A DNA stretch of 29,221 bases from Pseudobdellovibrionaceae bacterium (GTDB taxonomy: Bacteria > Bdellovibrionota > Bdellovibrionia > Bdellovibrionales > Bdellovibrionaceae). Positions 7,730-15,960 of this stretch are shown piece after piece (position 1 is the stretch's first letter; each line of letters opens with the position of its first letter). The notes under the pieces were generated by a model. That model did not search any database, was not told the DNA's origin, and was given only the letters and a program-made list of their open reading frames with translations. Position numbers and translations under genes: made by a program. The DNA is taken from positions 1-29,221 of the forward strand of contig JAYSSX010000639.1 in the NCBI GenBank assembly GCA_043720315.1, in the 5' to 3' direction.

Positions 7730-9811
7730 CTAGGCACCAAAACCCAGCCAGTTAAAAACGGGTGCTTCTTCAACTTGTGAAGGATCTTCTTTCAAATACA
7801 AATCAATGTATGTTGTATATGTCGGCTTAATTTTAGCGGTAATTTTTCGACTGTAAAGTCCCGGCAAACTCAAAGTGAAACTCAAAGGAATTCCGGCATC
7901 AAGAATGGCTCTGGCCTCTGCCTCACGACCAGGCTTTGGATAAGCTCGACCCATAAGAACAATTCGAATTTCTTTAGAGTTTTTGTACTTCTTTATCGTA
8001 GCAAATGAACTCATAAACTGACTTCGTCTTCCAACTTGGTGAATAAAGGGATCGGATTCAGTATCAACGCGACTTTGAAGTTTTGAATCATCACTTTCTA
8101 CATTCTTGATCGACGGATCGTTCATAAATTTTTTGATGTGATTCAAATCGTTTTGTGTCATTTCGTAACTAAGCGGAACACGTACGTTTAAAGTTAAGAT
8201 GTAAGTTCCTAACTCGTCTCTCAATAAATTACTGTCCGTTGATCGCGCTGATGCATTAGTCACATTAAAGTATTTATTTACTAAATCCTGATCGCAATTT
8301 ACGTTTGATCCTGCTTCACATTTAGTCAACGTTTGAATGACATGTTTGAAATTAGGATGTTTACAAGTTGCAGGATCGGCACATTCTTTATTCATAATAA
8401 CGACGTCAACGCCTAACCCCTCTGCAAAGTCTGTCATAGCTTTTGCCGCATCTGTACCGACACCACCTGCGGCCATTAAAGCCGGCGAAATCGTGGCATG
8501 CATATTTTCAACAAAAATTTCTTGGTTATTTACAGAAGATTTTTTTTCCAAATCAAAAGTGTTTGCGAACTGGTTCATCGTAATTGGCTTTTGTTCCGAA
8601 CCTTCTGGTTCTACGTAATATAAAAAGTCGGCAACTGCATTTGGTCCCTCAACCGGACCGTCTGCTTCCAAACGTTTCACACCAGCGAAAACACTAACTA
8701 AACCATCATTTAACTGTTTATAAGCAGGGGTTGTAAAGCCATTACAAGTGACTCCTTTGTCCGTCTTCTGCATACAAGGGAATACTCCCACGATGCTAGT
8801 CCATCTTGTTTTAAAGCGATTTCGTAAAGACTCGTCTGATAAATGCTTGATTCGACCTAAACGCATCAAGTGAATTGTTTCACTAGTTGGGCGCATATTA
8901 TCGAATTCAAGTGGATGCAGATTTCCAATTTTTGCATTCTTCGCCGCCATTCCTATAACGCCGGATGCTGCTCCAAGCGCTTTCAAAATTGCAGCAGTAC
9001 CCAGTCCACCTTTTTCAAGGCTATTGATATTGTTACAAGCGGCTTTTACGCTGGCATTTATGGAATTTAATTGTCTGGTGGCTTGCGGTAAAGATTTCTC
9101 AGCTCCACTTTGGATACTTTTTGCATACTTAATTAAATCTACTTTTGACGTAATACTAGCGATTTCTGGAAGTCGGCAAAAAGCTTGCAGCTTTGGAATT
9201 GTTCGTTCCAATTGCGAAGTGTCACCTTGACCGATGAATCCCCAACCCAACTCTGCCATTACTGATCCCCAGAAAACCGGACCTAAACCAATGACATTAT
9301 CCACTTTTGATAAAACGTTTTTTAAAGTTTCATACTCAGCAGCAGTATATTTTTTTTGCGGACCTAAAAAATTATGCATGGTATCGTAGTACCAAGTCAT
9401 GGTCATCATACCACCCATTGAATACGCAAGAATGGATATTTTATCATTCGGACCCAAATAAGGAATTTGTGCTTTTGGCCCGATGAAAAAATCGCGATTT
9501 AATTTTTGTCCGATTGAGTGTGGATCCCAATTAAAGCCGTCTCCCTCGACTGCTGCGCCCACCGGATAAGTCCAATTGTAAGTTTTTACCTCGATACTTG
9601 GATCAATTTTTTGCAAGACACCAGCCACAAATTCATGAAATTCACCGTAGGATTCTACATTTCCACGCACACCATGCAAGGTAATGACGTGATGAGTTCC
9701 ACCTCTATTTTGAGCAATGTTGTTAGTTGCAGGCGTACGTATACTTTCGCTTGTACATGCCGTTAAAACAGCAGCACAAACCATAACTAGTAACATAAAT
9801 AACGTTTTCAT
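7730..9811 (-). CDS. Large lipoprotein alpha/beta hydrolase (lipase-like, 693 aa)
   Basis: Lipobox LTAC; HVITLHGVRG; AYSMGG nucleophile elbow; GPVFWGS; EADGPV; ENMHA; many Cys. SD GGAGG. Confidence 0.8.
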   Translation of the reverse strand: MKTLFMLLVMVCAAVLTACTSESIRTPATNNIAQNRGGTHHVITLHGVRGNVESYGEFHEFVAGVLQKIDPSIEVKTYNWTYPVGAAVEGDGFNWDPHSIGQKLNRDFFIGPKAQIPYLGPNDKISILAYSMGGMMTMTWYYDTMHNFLGPQKKYTAAEYETLKNVLSKVDNVIGLGPVFWGSVMAELGWGFIGQGDTSQLERTIPKLQAFCRLPEIASITSKVDLIKYAKSIQSGAEKSLPQATRQLNSINASVKAACNNINSLEKGGLGTAAILKALGAASGVIGMAAKNAKIGNLHPLEFDNMRPTSETIHLMRLGRIKHLSDESLRNRFKTRWTSIVGVFPCMQKTDKGVTCNGFTTPAYKQLNDGLVSVFAGVKRLEADGPVEGPNAVADFLYYVEPEGSEQKPITMNQFANTFDLEKKSSVNNQEIFVENMHATISPALMAAGGVGTDAAKAMTDFAEGLGVDVVIMNKECADPATCKHPNFKHVIQTLTKCEAGSNVNCDQDLVNKYFNVTNASARSTDSNLLRDELGTYILTLNVRVPLSYEMTQNDLNHIKKFMNDPSIKNVESDDSKLQSRVDTESDPFIHQVGRRSQFMSSFATIKKYKNSKEIRIVLMGRAYPKPGREAEARAILDAGIPLSFTLSLPGLYSRKITAKIKPTYTTYIDLYLKEDPSQVEEAPVFNWLGFGA

Positions 9812-9849
9812 CGATCCTCCAATATAAAAAATATCTTACGATGCTAATT

Positions 9850-9876
9850 ATATCGGCTGATTTCAGTCTAACGTTA
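9850..9876 (-). promoter_or_regulatory. Candidate sigma28 (FliA) promoter
   Basis: The minus strand reads TAAC-N15-GCCGATAT against the consensus TAAA-N15-GCCGATAA, 38 nt upstream of the ATG at 9811. Confidence 0.65.
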
Positions 9877-9894
9877 GTACCTCTAAAAAGAACA

Positions 9895-9921
9895 AGACCA
9901 GACTTTACAATAGTCTGGTCT
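9895..9921 (-). terminator. Intrinsic terminator (possibly bidirectional)
   Basis: Perfect 10-bp stem AGACCAGACT/AGTCTGGTCT with a 7-nt loop and T-rich tracts on both sides. Confidence 0.8.
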
Positions 9922-9954
9922 CTTATTTTTTAATTTTTAACTGAATTATTTCTA

Positions 9955-11061
9955 TTAGAACAAGTCTGAAAAAGAAGCAAAAGTCATTAAGTACCACTGA
10001 AGGTCCTCATGCCGACCAAGAACTGGGTAAGGTTCGTTTTTTCCCAGTTTAACTTTGTTTTCTACTCCAAGAATAAACCAAAGGTTTTTGTGTACATGGA
10101 TTTCCGTTGTTGGTGCAATCTTTAAATAATCCACTTCTGGATCTTCATTATTCACTTGGTCACTCATGTGATACCATTCATGCACCATACCAACATCCAA
10201 AGCAGGAGTAAAAACAGAGTTCACTCTTTTCGCCACTGTCATGTAGTGATCCAAAGCACCTAATTTGTTAGTGCGTGCATTAATAAATATTTGACCGTTT
10301 TTTACTTGAACCTGGCGGTAAGCTTTTTGACTCTGAACATAATAATCTGGTTTTAAGTTGTAGCCAACATTCCAGCCATCTTGAAATTCTTTTTCAAAAC
10401 GAGTCCAAGAAGACAAACGTGTCTGCATTCTTTTTTCTTTTGAAGAATCACTGGTTGGTAAATAAAATTTGTAATCGCCCCACAAAATCCACTCATTGGC
10501 AGATTCCCAAATTTTATAATTTGTGTAAACCATGTGTAAATCTTGGCTTACCGTTTTCATTTCTTGCGAAACCCCTTTGTCGTCGTAGCCAGCAGAATTA
10601 ATTCCAATGGCCGGGCGAATCGCGAATTTAGAATCTTTTGATAATTTGTAATTGAAAGAAAGGTACATGTAATTTGATATACTAGGTGAACCTTTGCTGA
10701 TGTTGTCTTGATTAGCACTTGAAAACGCAAAATAAGATACGCGCCATTTGCTGCGGCCTTGGTTTTGCTCAACTAGACTATATGAGTTCGAATTTGCCGA
10801 TCCATCTGTGGCAAAAGTACCTATTGTAGAGGCAGGTATTAAGCCATCGTCTACACCGTCTTTTAAAGTCGATGCTAAAACATAGTTTGGTTTTAATTCG
10901 GCTTTTCCAAGAACCTCAGCAACAGGCTGAACCACCTGATCTAATTTCAAATCCGAAACCCTAACTACATTGGGAGCGTTTGTTTCAGCAGCCAAAACAT
11001 TGTCCGCAGACAAAATTTGGAACGCTAAAAAACTGAATAGATAAATGGCTACCTTAATCAT
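9955..11061 (-). CDS. Hypothetical outer-membrane beta-barrel protein
   Basis: Sec signal, alternating aromatic beta-strand pattern (WRVSYFAF, YLSFNYKL, WILWGDYKFYL, WNVGYNL), C-terminal Phe. Start moved to ATG 11061 behind SD AAGGAG. Confidence 0.65.
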   Translation of the reverse strand: MIKVAIYLFSFLAFQILSADNVLAAETNAPNVVRVSDLKLDQVVQPVAEVLGKAELKPNYVLASTLKDGVDDGLIPASTIGTFATDGSANSNSYSLVEQNQGRSKWRVSYFAFSSANQDNISKGSPSISNYMYLSFNYKLSKDSKFAIRPAIGINSAGYDDKGVSQEMKTVSQDLHMVYTNYKIWESANEWILWGDYKFYLPTSDSSKEKRMQTRLSSWTRFEKEFQDGWNVGYNLKPDYYVQSQKAYRQVQVKNGQIFINARTNKLGALDHYMTVAKRVNSVFTPALDVGMVHEWYHMSDQVNNEDPEVDYLKIAPTTEIHVHKNLWFILGVENKVKLGKNEPYPVLGRHEDLQWYLMTFASFSDLF

Positions 11062-11204
11062 AAACACTCCTTGAAAGCTACCGCATCAAGTTATGGCAAA
11101 TGCTTAAATAAACCGCAAGTCAGGACTGTATTATTAGTTGCTATTGAGAGTAATCGTGAATAAATTTTCAAATCTCCTATTGGCCCATATTCCTAAGAGG
11201 TTTT

Positions 11205-12329
11205 ATGCAGAAAATTTTACATATTTTAAACCGATCACAATTGCAACATGTGATGTTGAGTCTGATCACTGTAGCCATTTTGTCTAACTGTAGTGCCCCT
11301 GCGGTGAGTACTTCCAAAACTAATACTTACAAGACTTCGGATAAAATCATCAGCGTAATGGCCTACAACGTGGAAAACTTCTTTGATACCATTCACGATG
11401 CCAACCGCAACGACTTCACCTACCTTCCCAAGGCCGATAAAACCGCACCTGAAGTTCAAAAATTTTGTGCGGCCGAAAAAGATCCATTTTACCAGCGCGA
11501 ATGTTACGACATGGATTGGTCAGAGGACGTTCTTAAAGCCAAAATGGAGCACATTGCCGACTCGGTACTGCAAATCAATGGAATTGGACCAGACATTCTT
11601 ATCTTGGAAGAAGTTGAAAACCAACGTGTCTTGGATCGTTTAAATAAGGAATACCTTCAGAAAGCGGGATATATCACCGCAACTTTGATCGAAGGAGAAG
11701 ACCGTCGCGGAATTGATATTGGTGTCCTAAGCCGTTTTCCTTTAGCCTCGGATCCCCGCTTAGTACTTATTGATTTCACTCCAGATAAAAATGACCCTAG
11801 TTGGAAAGCCCCTAAAACTCGCGGAATCATGCACGTTCCGCTAAAACTTCCTAGCGGAGATGTTCTTTATGTTCATGGGGTTCACTTACCTTCCCAGGCT
11901 AATCCTGTTCAAGAAAGAATTGATGCTGTAAATACCTTGAACAAATTGAACGAACAGTTTGCAAACAAAACAATGGCTGTCGTCGGTGGTGACTTTAATA
12001 TTACGGAAGCGGAAAACCAAAAAGATGGACTGTTTTCTAAACTTCTATCCAGCCATTGGTTGGTTTCGCATTTAATTGGATGTTTTGATTGTAAAGGCAC
12101 TCATGGGCATCGCGGTGAATGGGGCTTCCTAGATGCTTTGATTTTGACTAAAAGTTTAGGACCCGATGGAAAAGCTCCATACATGGTTGATCTAAAATCA
12201 ATCCAAGTTCCTAAACATGGGAAACATCAGTTGCGCTCTAACGGTTTTCCAAATCGTTTTGATAACGAAAAGAAAACGGGTACTTCGGATCATTTGCCAA
12301 TTTACCTGGAATTAAAACCGCGATCGTAA
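11205..12329 (+). CDS. Endonuclease/exonuclease/phosphatase (EEP) family protein, probably an exported nuclease lipoprotein
   Basis: Motifs YNVENFFD, LEEVEN, HLPS, GDFN, LDAL and SDHLPI; lipobox-like LSNC. Confidence 0.9.
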   Translation: MQKILHILNRSQLQHVMLSLITVAILSNCSAPAVSTSKTNTYKTSDKIISVMAYNVENFFDTIHDANRNDFTYLPKADKTAPEVQKFCAAEKDPFYQRECYDMDWSEDVLKAKMEHIADSVLQINGIGPDILILEEVENQRVLDRLNKEYLQKAGYITATLIEGEDRRGIDIGVLSRFPLASDPRLVLIDFTPDKNDPSWKAPKTRGIMHVPLKLPSGDVLYVHGVHLPSQANPVQERIDAVNTLNKLNEQFANKTMAVVGGDFNITEAENQKDGLFSKLLSSHWLVSHLIGCFDCKGTHGHRGEWGFLDALILTKSLGPDGKAPYMVDLKSIQVPKHGKHQLRSNGFPNRFDNEKKTGTSDHLPIYLELKPRS

Positions 12330-12341
12330 TTTGGCGCCGAC

Positions 12342-12374
12342 GGCAGCGGGCCTGAGGCCCAACTAGCAGCTGCC
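12342..12374. terminator. GC-rich nested hairpin between convergent genes
   Basis: GGCAGC-[GGGCCT-G-AGGCCC]-AACTAGCA-GCTGCC. Confidence 0.4.
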
Positions 12375-12383
12375 ATGCAGTAA

Positions 12384-13511
12384 TTATTTACCCGACGTCG
12401 CAACTGGTTTTACGAGAAATAACAAGTCCACCGAATTTTGCATTTTGTTTTCACAAGGGAGCAAATTCAAAGAAGCTGGCTTACCTGTCGCATTTGCTTT
12501 TGGTTTGGTAGCAATAGAAGATTCAGAAATCAGCAACTCGCCCTTTACAATTTTTGATCCAACGGCAATTTCCATCGGTATTGATCCCTCATTGATGACG
12601 CAAGTTTTGTTCACTAGTTGTTTGACCGGTTTAGCTCTTAAATCTAAATTTAAACTAACGTTAGCATGTGCACCGCCAACGATTTCCATATCATAAACAA
12701 AACGAGTTTTTAAACTGTTCGTAACTTCATAATCAAACTTCTTCGGATTTGCTTCCCCAGCCTCAACCATTTTGATGGCTGCTAGTGGACTATTCGTGGC
12801 CCATAAAACCATTTTACCTTTTTCGGTTTTTTCATCAGTTGCTATCACGATATCTGTTGCGACATAAAGATTTTCGATAAACAAAGAACCATCTTCCTTA
12901 AGTGTTGCCGACAAATCCACTTGATCAACTAAAGTCGCCGCTTGGCCACCTTTAAAAGACTCTTTTCGAATAGTGACTTTTGGACTTAACAAAGGCTCTT
13001 CACTTTCCGATTTAACTTCCACTTTTTGAACTTTTCCTTCAGTCAATGTCAACTTCATGATCATTCTACCTGTTAAATCTAAAGTTCCCAATTTTACTGG
13101 TTTTCCTTTAGAATCTAAATTCGGAAGATCGTAATTCAGTAAACACATTTCCGTAATTATTGAGTACACACGAGTCGTTTCGGTTTGCTCTAAAAGGTCG
13201 ATAGCAGAACAATTTACCTGCGAGCTGGCTTTATTTTCAGTCACCAATTTGGTCGCCAAAGGAATTAAACTAAGTACGTTGGCTTGTTTTTCTAAAATGT
13301 AATTTGAAAATTCAAATTCTGGAAATTTAGATAGGTAGGGTCGGCTATTAAGGGGTCTTGTGGCTACTCCCGCATTTTTCTTCAGTTTGGCCTGCGCTTT
13401 TGCGTTCTCAACAAACTCTCGGTCTTCTTTGGAAATAGGATCCGTATCTCTCGGTGAACAAGCTAAAGTAGCTAAACAAAAAATAAGAAGTAATGAATTT
13501 AACAGCTTCAT
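12384..13511 (-). CDS. Hypothetical beta-rich lipoprotein (about 375 aa)
   Basis: Start reassigned to ATG 13511 (SD GGAG), giving MKLLNSLLLIFCLATLAC with lipobox TLAC. No family recognised. Confidence 0.7.
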   Translation of the reverse strand: MKLLNSLLLIFCLATLACSPRDTDPISKEDREFVENAKAQAKLKKNAGVATRPLNSRPYLSKFPEFEFSNYILEKQANVLSLIPLATKLVTENKASSQVNCSAIDLLEQTETTRVYSIITEMCLLNYDLPNLDSKGKPVKLGTLDLTGRMIMKLTLTEGKVQKVEVKSESEEPLLSPKVTIRKESFKGGQAATLVDQVDLSATLKEDGSLFIENLYVATDIVIATDEKTEKGKMVLWATNSPLAAIKMVEAGEANPKKFDYEVTNSLKTRFVYDMEIVGGAHANVSLNLDLRAKPVKQLVNKTCVINEGSIPMEIAVGSKIVKGELLISESSIATKPKANATGKPASLNLLPCENKMQNSVDLLFLVKPVATSGK

Positions 13512-13662
13512 AAAAACTCCGAAGTAGATTGGACCGCATTCAAACGGGGTCATACATACTTTAAAACAGAAAATAAGTAAAATTAGGATAATAAAACGGT
13601 TAGACTAATAAGTCTTTTAAGTACTTTTTATACGAATTCTAACGGTCACTATTCTATTTGTT

Positions 13663-14802
13663 CTATTTTTTTACTTGAAATAAGTAAAACTCAACTGCAA
13701 TTCCGCCGTTTTGGAATGCAAAATGTTTAGTCAATTCATAACCTTGGATCTCGCTAAACGAATATTTAGGGATAATAAATGCAATTCGTTGAGGTTTAAA
13801 TTTTGAAATCTGTGCTTCGACCATTTCCTGATAACTAAACGTCCATTTAAGACGATCGCCATAAGGGGGGTTACAAACAAGGTAAGTCTTTCGATCTCCG
13901 CTGATGGTCGGCTCAGCCGCAAAAAGATCACCTTGATTAAAATGTATAGGCACCTCCTCTAACTTTGGAAAAAACTCCAAAAAGGCGGCTTTGTTACTTA
14001 GAGAAGTCTGAATCTCTTTCGGATCAATGTCGAATCCATAATATTCAGAAAATACAGATTTATGAATGAGTTCAGAATACTGCACTTGAAAAGACTCGCT
14101 CAGAATCAGTTTTGGTAAAGGAATAAATTGCGATAGTAGACTAAAATCAATTTTATTTAAAGTATAAAAGGCAGCGGCTTCAAACAATAAAGTCCCCGAA
14201 CCGCAAAAAGGATCGATTAGAATCCCTTGCGCCATCTCGAACCGCGACAAATCGCTGAACGCTTCAAAAAACAGTAACGAGGCCAGCGTTTCTCGCAATG
14301 AAGCCTTGGCATTAAATTTTTTGTATCCTCTTTTATGCAGGTGATGCCCGGATATATCTAAACTAATATCACAAAGGTCTTTGTGAATACGAACAAATAT
14401 TGAGACTTCGGATTCCTTATTTTGCTTTATTTTCCGTTCGAAAATTTCTAAAACTCGCTTTTCGTTGCCAATCTTTGATTGCGAACAAGAAATGTGAAAT
14501 TGCGCTTCCTTGATTTTAAGATCCAACTTTTTAATCTGATTTTCCAACTGGAAAAATTCAACCGTTTTACCTTGACTCAATCGAATCAAAACTCGATTTG
14601 CCAATTTTGAAAAAAGCGGAATTTGTAAGCCAAATAAAAGATCGGCCTCAAGTAATACTCCACCAGACTCTTGGGAAATCAATTGCAATGGTTTTGTATT
14701 GGGCCGACCGTCACTTCCCAAAAATAGGAACGACTTCTCAGTTAACTCCCCTAATAGGGCCTGTTCTAATCCCAATGCGCAAGAAACAAAAAATGAATTC
14801 AT
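13663..14802 (-). CDS. THUMP-domain class I SAM-dependent RNA methyltransferase (RlmL/UPF0020-like, standalone)
   Basis: Motifs ALGLEQAL, ANRVLIRL, ISGHHLHKRGY, ASLRETLA, DPFCGSGTLLFEAA and CNPPYG. Confidence 0.88.
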   Translation of the reverse strand: MNSFFVSCALGLEQALLGELTEKSFLFLGSDGRPNTKPLQLISQESGGVLLEADLLFGLQIPLFSKLANRVLIRLSQGKTVEFFQLENQIKKLDLKIKEAQFHISCSQSKIGNEKRVLEIFERKIKQNKESEVSIFVRIHKDLCDISLDISGHHLHKRGYKKFNAKASLRETLASLLFFEAFSDLSRFEMAQGILIDPFCGSGTLLFEAAAFYTLNKIDFSLLSQFIPLPKLILSESFQVQYSELIHKSVFSEYYGFDIDPKEIQTSLSNKAAFLEFFPKLEEVPIHFNQGDLFAAEPTISGDRKTYLVCNPPYGDRLKWTFSYQEMVEAQISKFKPQRIAFIIPKYSFSEIQGYELTKHFAFQNGGIAVEFYLFQVKK

Positions 14803-14804
14803 AG

Positions 14805-15956
14805 TTACCAGTCCAATTGATGTTCTTTATAGTTCTTCGAAAACGAGAGCAGTAAAATCAAACAAATCACTAAAACCACAGGTCCTAACCAAAAGGCGTT
14901 AGCGATTCCAAATTTTTGAGTCATGTATCCTACCGAAGCATGCATAGTTATCACACAAACACTACTTAAAGCAATCGCCCAAGAAGCCGCCGTATGAACG
15001 TATCGTTTAAATATTGTCGATAGCGAGGCCATTGAGATCGGATAAAACACTGACATTGTCAAACCAGTTAATACCAAAAACAAAGGATGAACTAAAAGTC
15101 CTAAGGACAAACAAAACAGGCTGCTGATTAAAGAAACCGTAAGCACTTTCTTTTTTGACCAGGAAGGATGCCAAAAAGTAAACAACACCCTACCTGATAA
15201 CAGCAAAACGAAAAATGCGGACGTGTAATAGTTAGCATGTTCAATTCCAAACTCATAAACTCGAGTTAAATACAGCGTCATGCGAGTACTTACTAAGATT
15301 TCAGCCAACACATAAGTAGCGATCAAAAATCCAAAAATAATACTTTTTTTAGTTTCAACCGAAGGAACTTGAATTTTTTCTTCGTCCGATTTTTTATGGA
15401 CCGAACGGGTAAACTTTTTTCGTTTCCAGATTATACAAAAACTAAAAAGTAAGCAAGTGATCGAAGTTAAGAGAAAAACACTTCGCCAATTTTGAAAAAA
15501 TCCTAAACAAACATTCACTAAAAGTGGAGAAAACAAAGAAGCCAATCCGTACATACTATGCAAACCCGACTGGGCCTTAGAAATTCTAGCCGGTGAAGTC
15601 GAAGTCATAACCATTAAATTTTGAACCACCCCTAACATACCGACACTGGTGCCAACAAACATGGAACCGAACATCAAAACTAAATAACTATTAGAAACTG
15701 AAATAATAAACATCCCTAAAAACAAAAATACCGAAGAAACGGCCAAGCAAATATAATCATGATAGCGATGTAACATTTTTTTGACACTGATACTGCCCAG
15801 AATCCCCATTCCTGAGGAAATCGCAAAAAACAGAGAACCATTGAAGTCGTTCAACTTAAAATAATTGAGTATTTCAGGAAATACGGGTCCACGGACATTA
15901 TCGCAAAGTCCAAGAATAAAAAGACTAATGTAGGGAAAGACTAAGTATGGGTTCAA
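14805..15956 (-). CDS. MFS transporter (FucP/TsgA-like)
   Basis: About 12 hydrophobic segments; LGLCDNVRGPVFP, LHSMYGLASLFSP, LLSGR and SVFYP motifs. Confidence 0.85.
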   Translation of the reverse strand: MNPYLVFPYISLFILGLCDNVRGPVFPEILNYFKLNDFNGSLFFAISSGMGILGSISVKKMLHRYHDYICLAVSSVFLFLGMFIISVSNSYLVLMFGSMFVGTSVGMLGVVQNLMVMTSTSPARISKAQSGLHSMYGLASLFSPLLVNVCLGFFQNWRSVFLLTSITCLLFSFCIIWKRKKFTRSVHKKSDEEKIQVPSVETKKSIIFGFLIATYVLAEILVSTRMTLYLTRVYEFGIEHANYYTSAFFVLLLSGRVLFTFWHPSWSKKKVLTVSLISSLFCLSLGLLVHPLFLVLTGLTMSVFYPISMASLSTIFKRYVHTAASWAIALSSVCVITMHASVGYMTQKFGIANAFWLGPVVLVICLILLLSFSKNYKEHQLDW

Positions 15957-15960
15957 GACC

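Noticed and set aside
11094-11130. GGCAAA...GCAAG resembling a c-di-GMP-I riboswitch
   Set aside because: The sequence between the motifs cannot form the P2 stem with a GNRA loop, and there is no P1 pairing.
13512-13553. N-terminal extensions from the ORF track (MTPFECG... at 13553; also 11067, 19780, 29040)
   Set aside because: Downstream starts give proper SD or promoter spacing and intact signal peptides.
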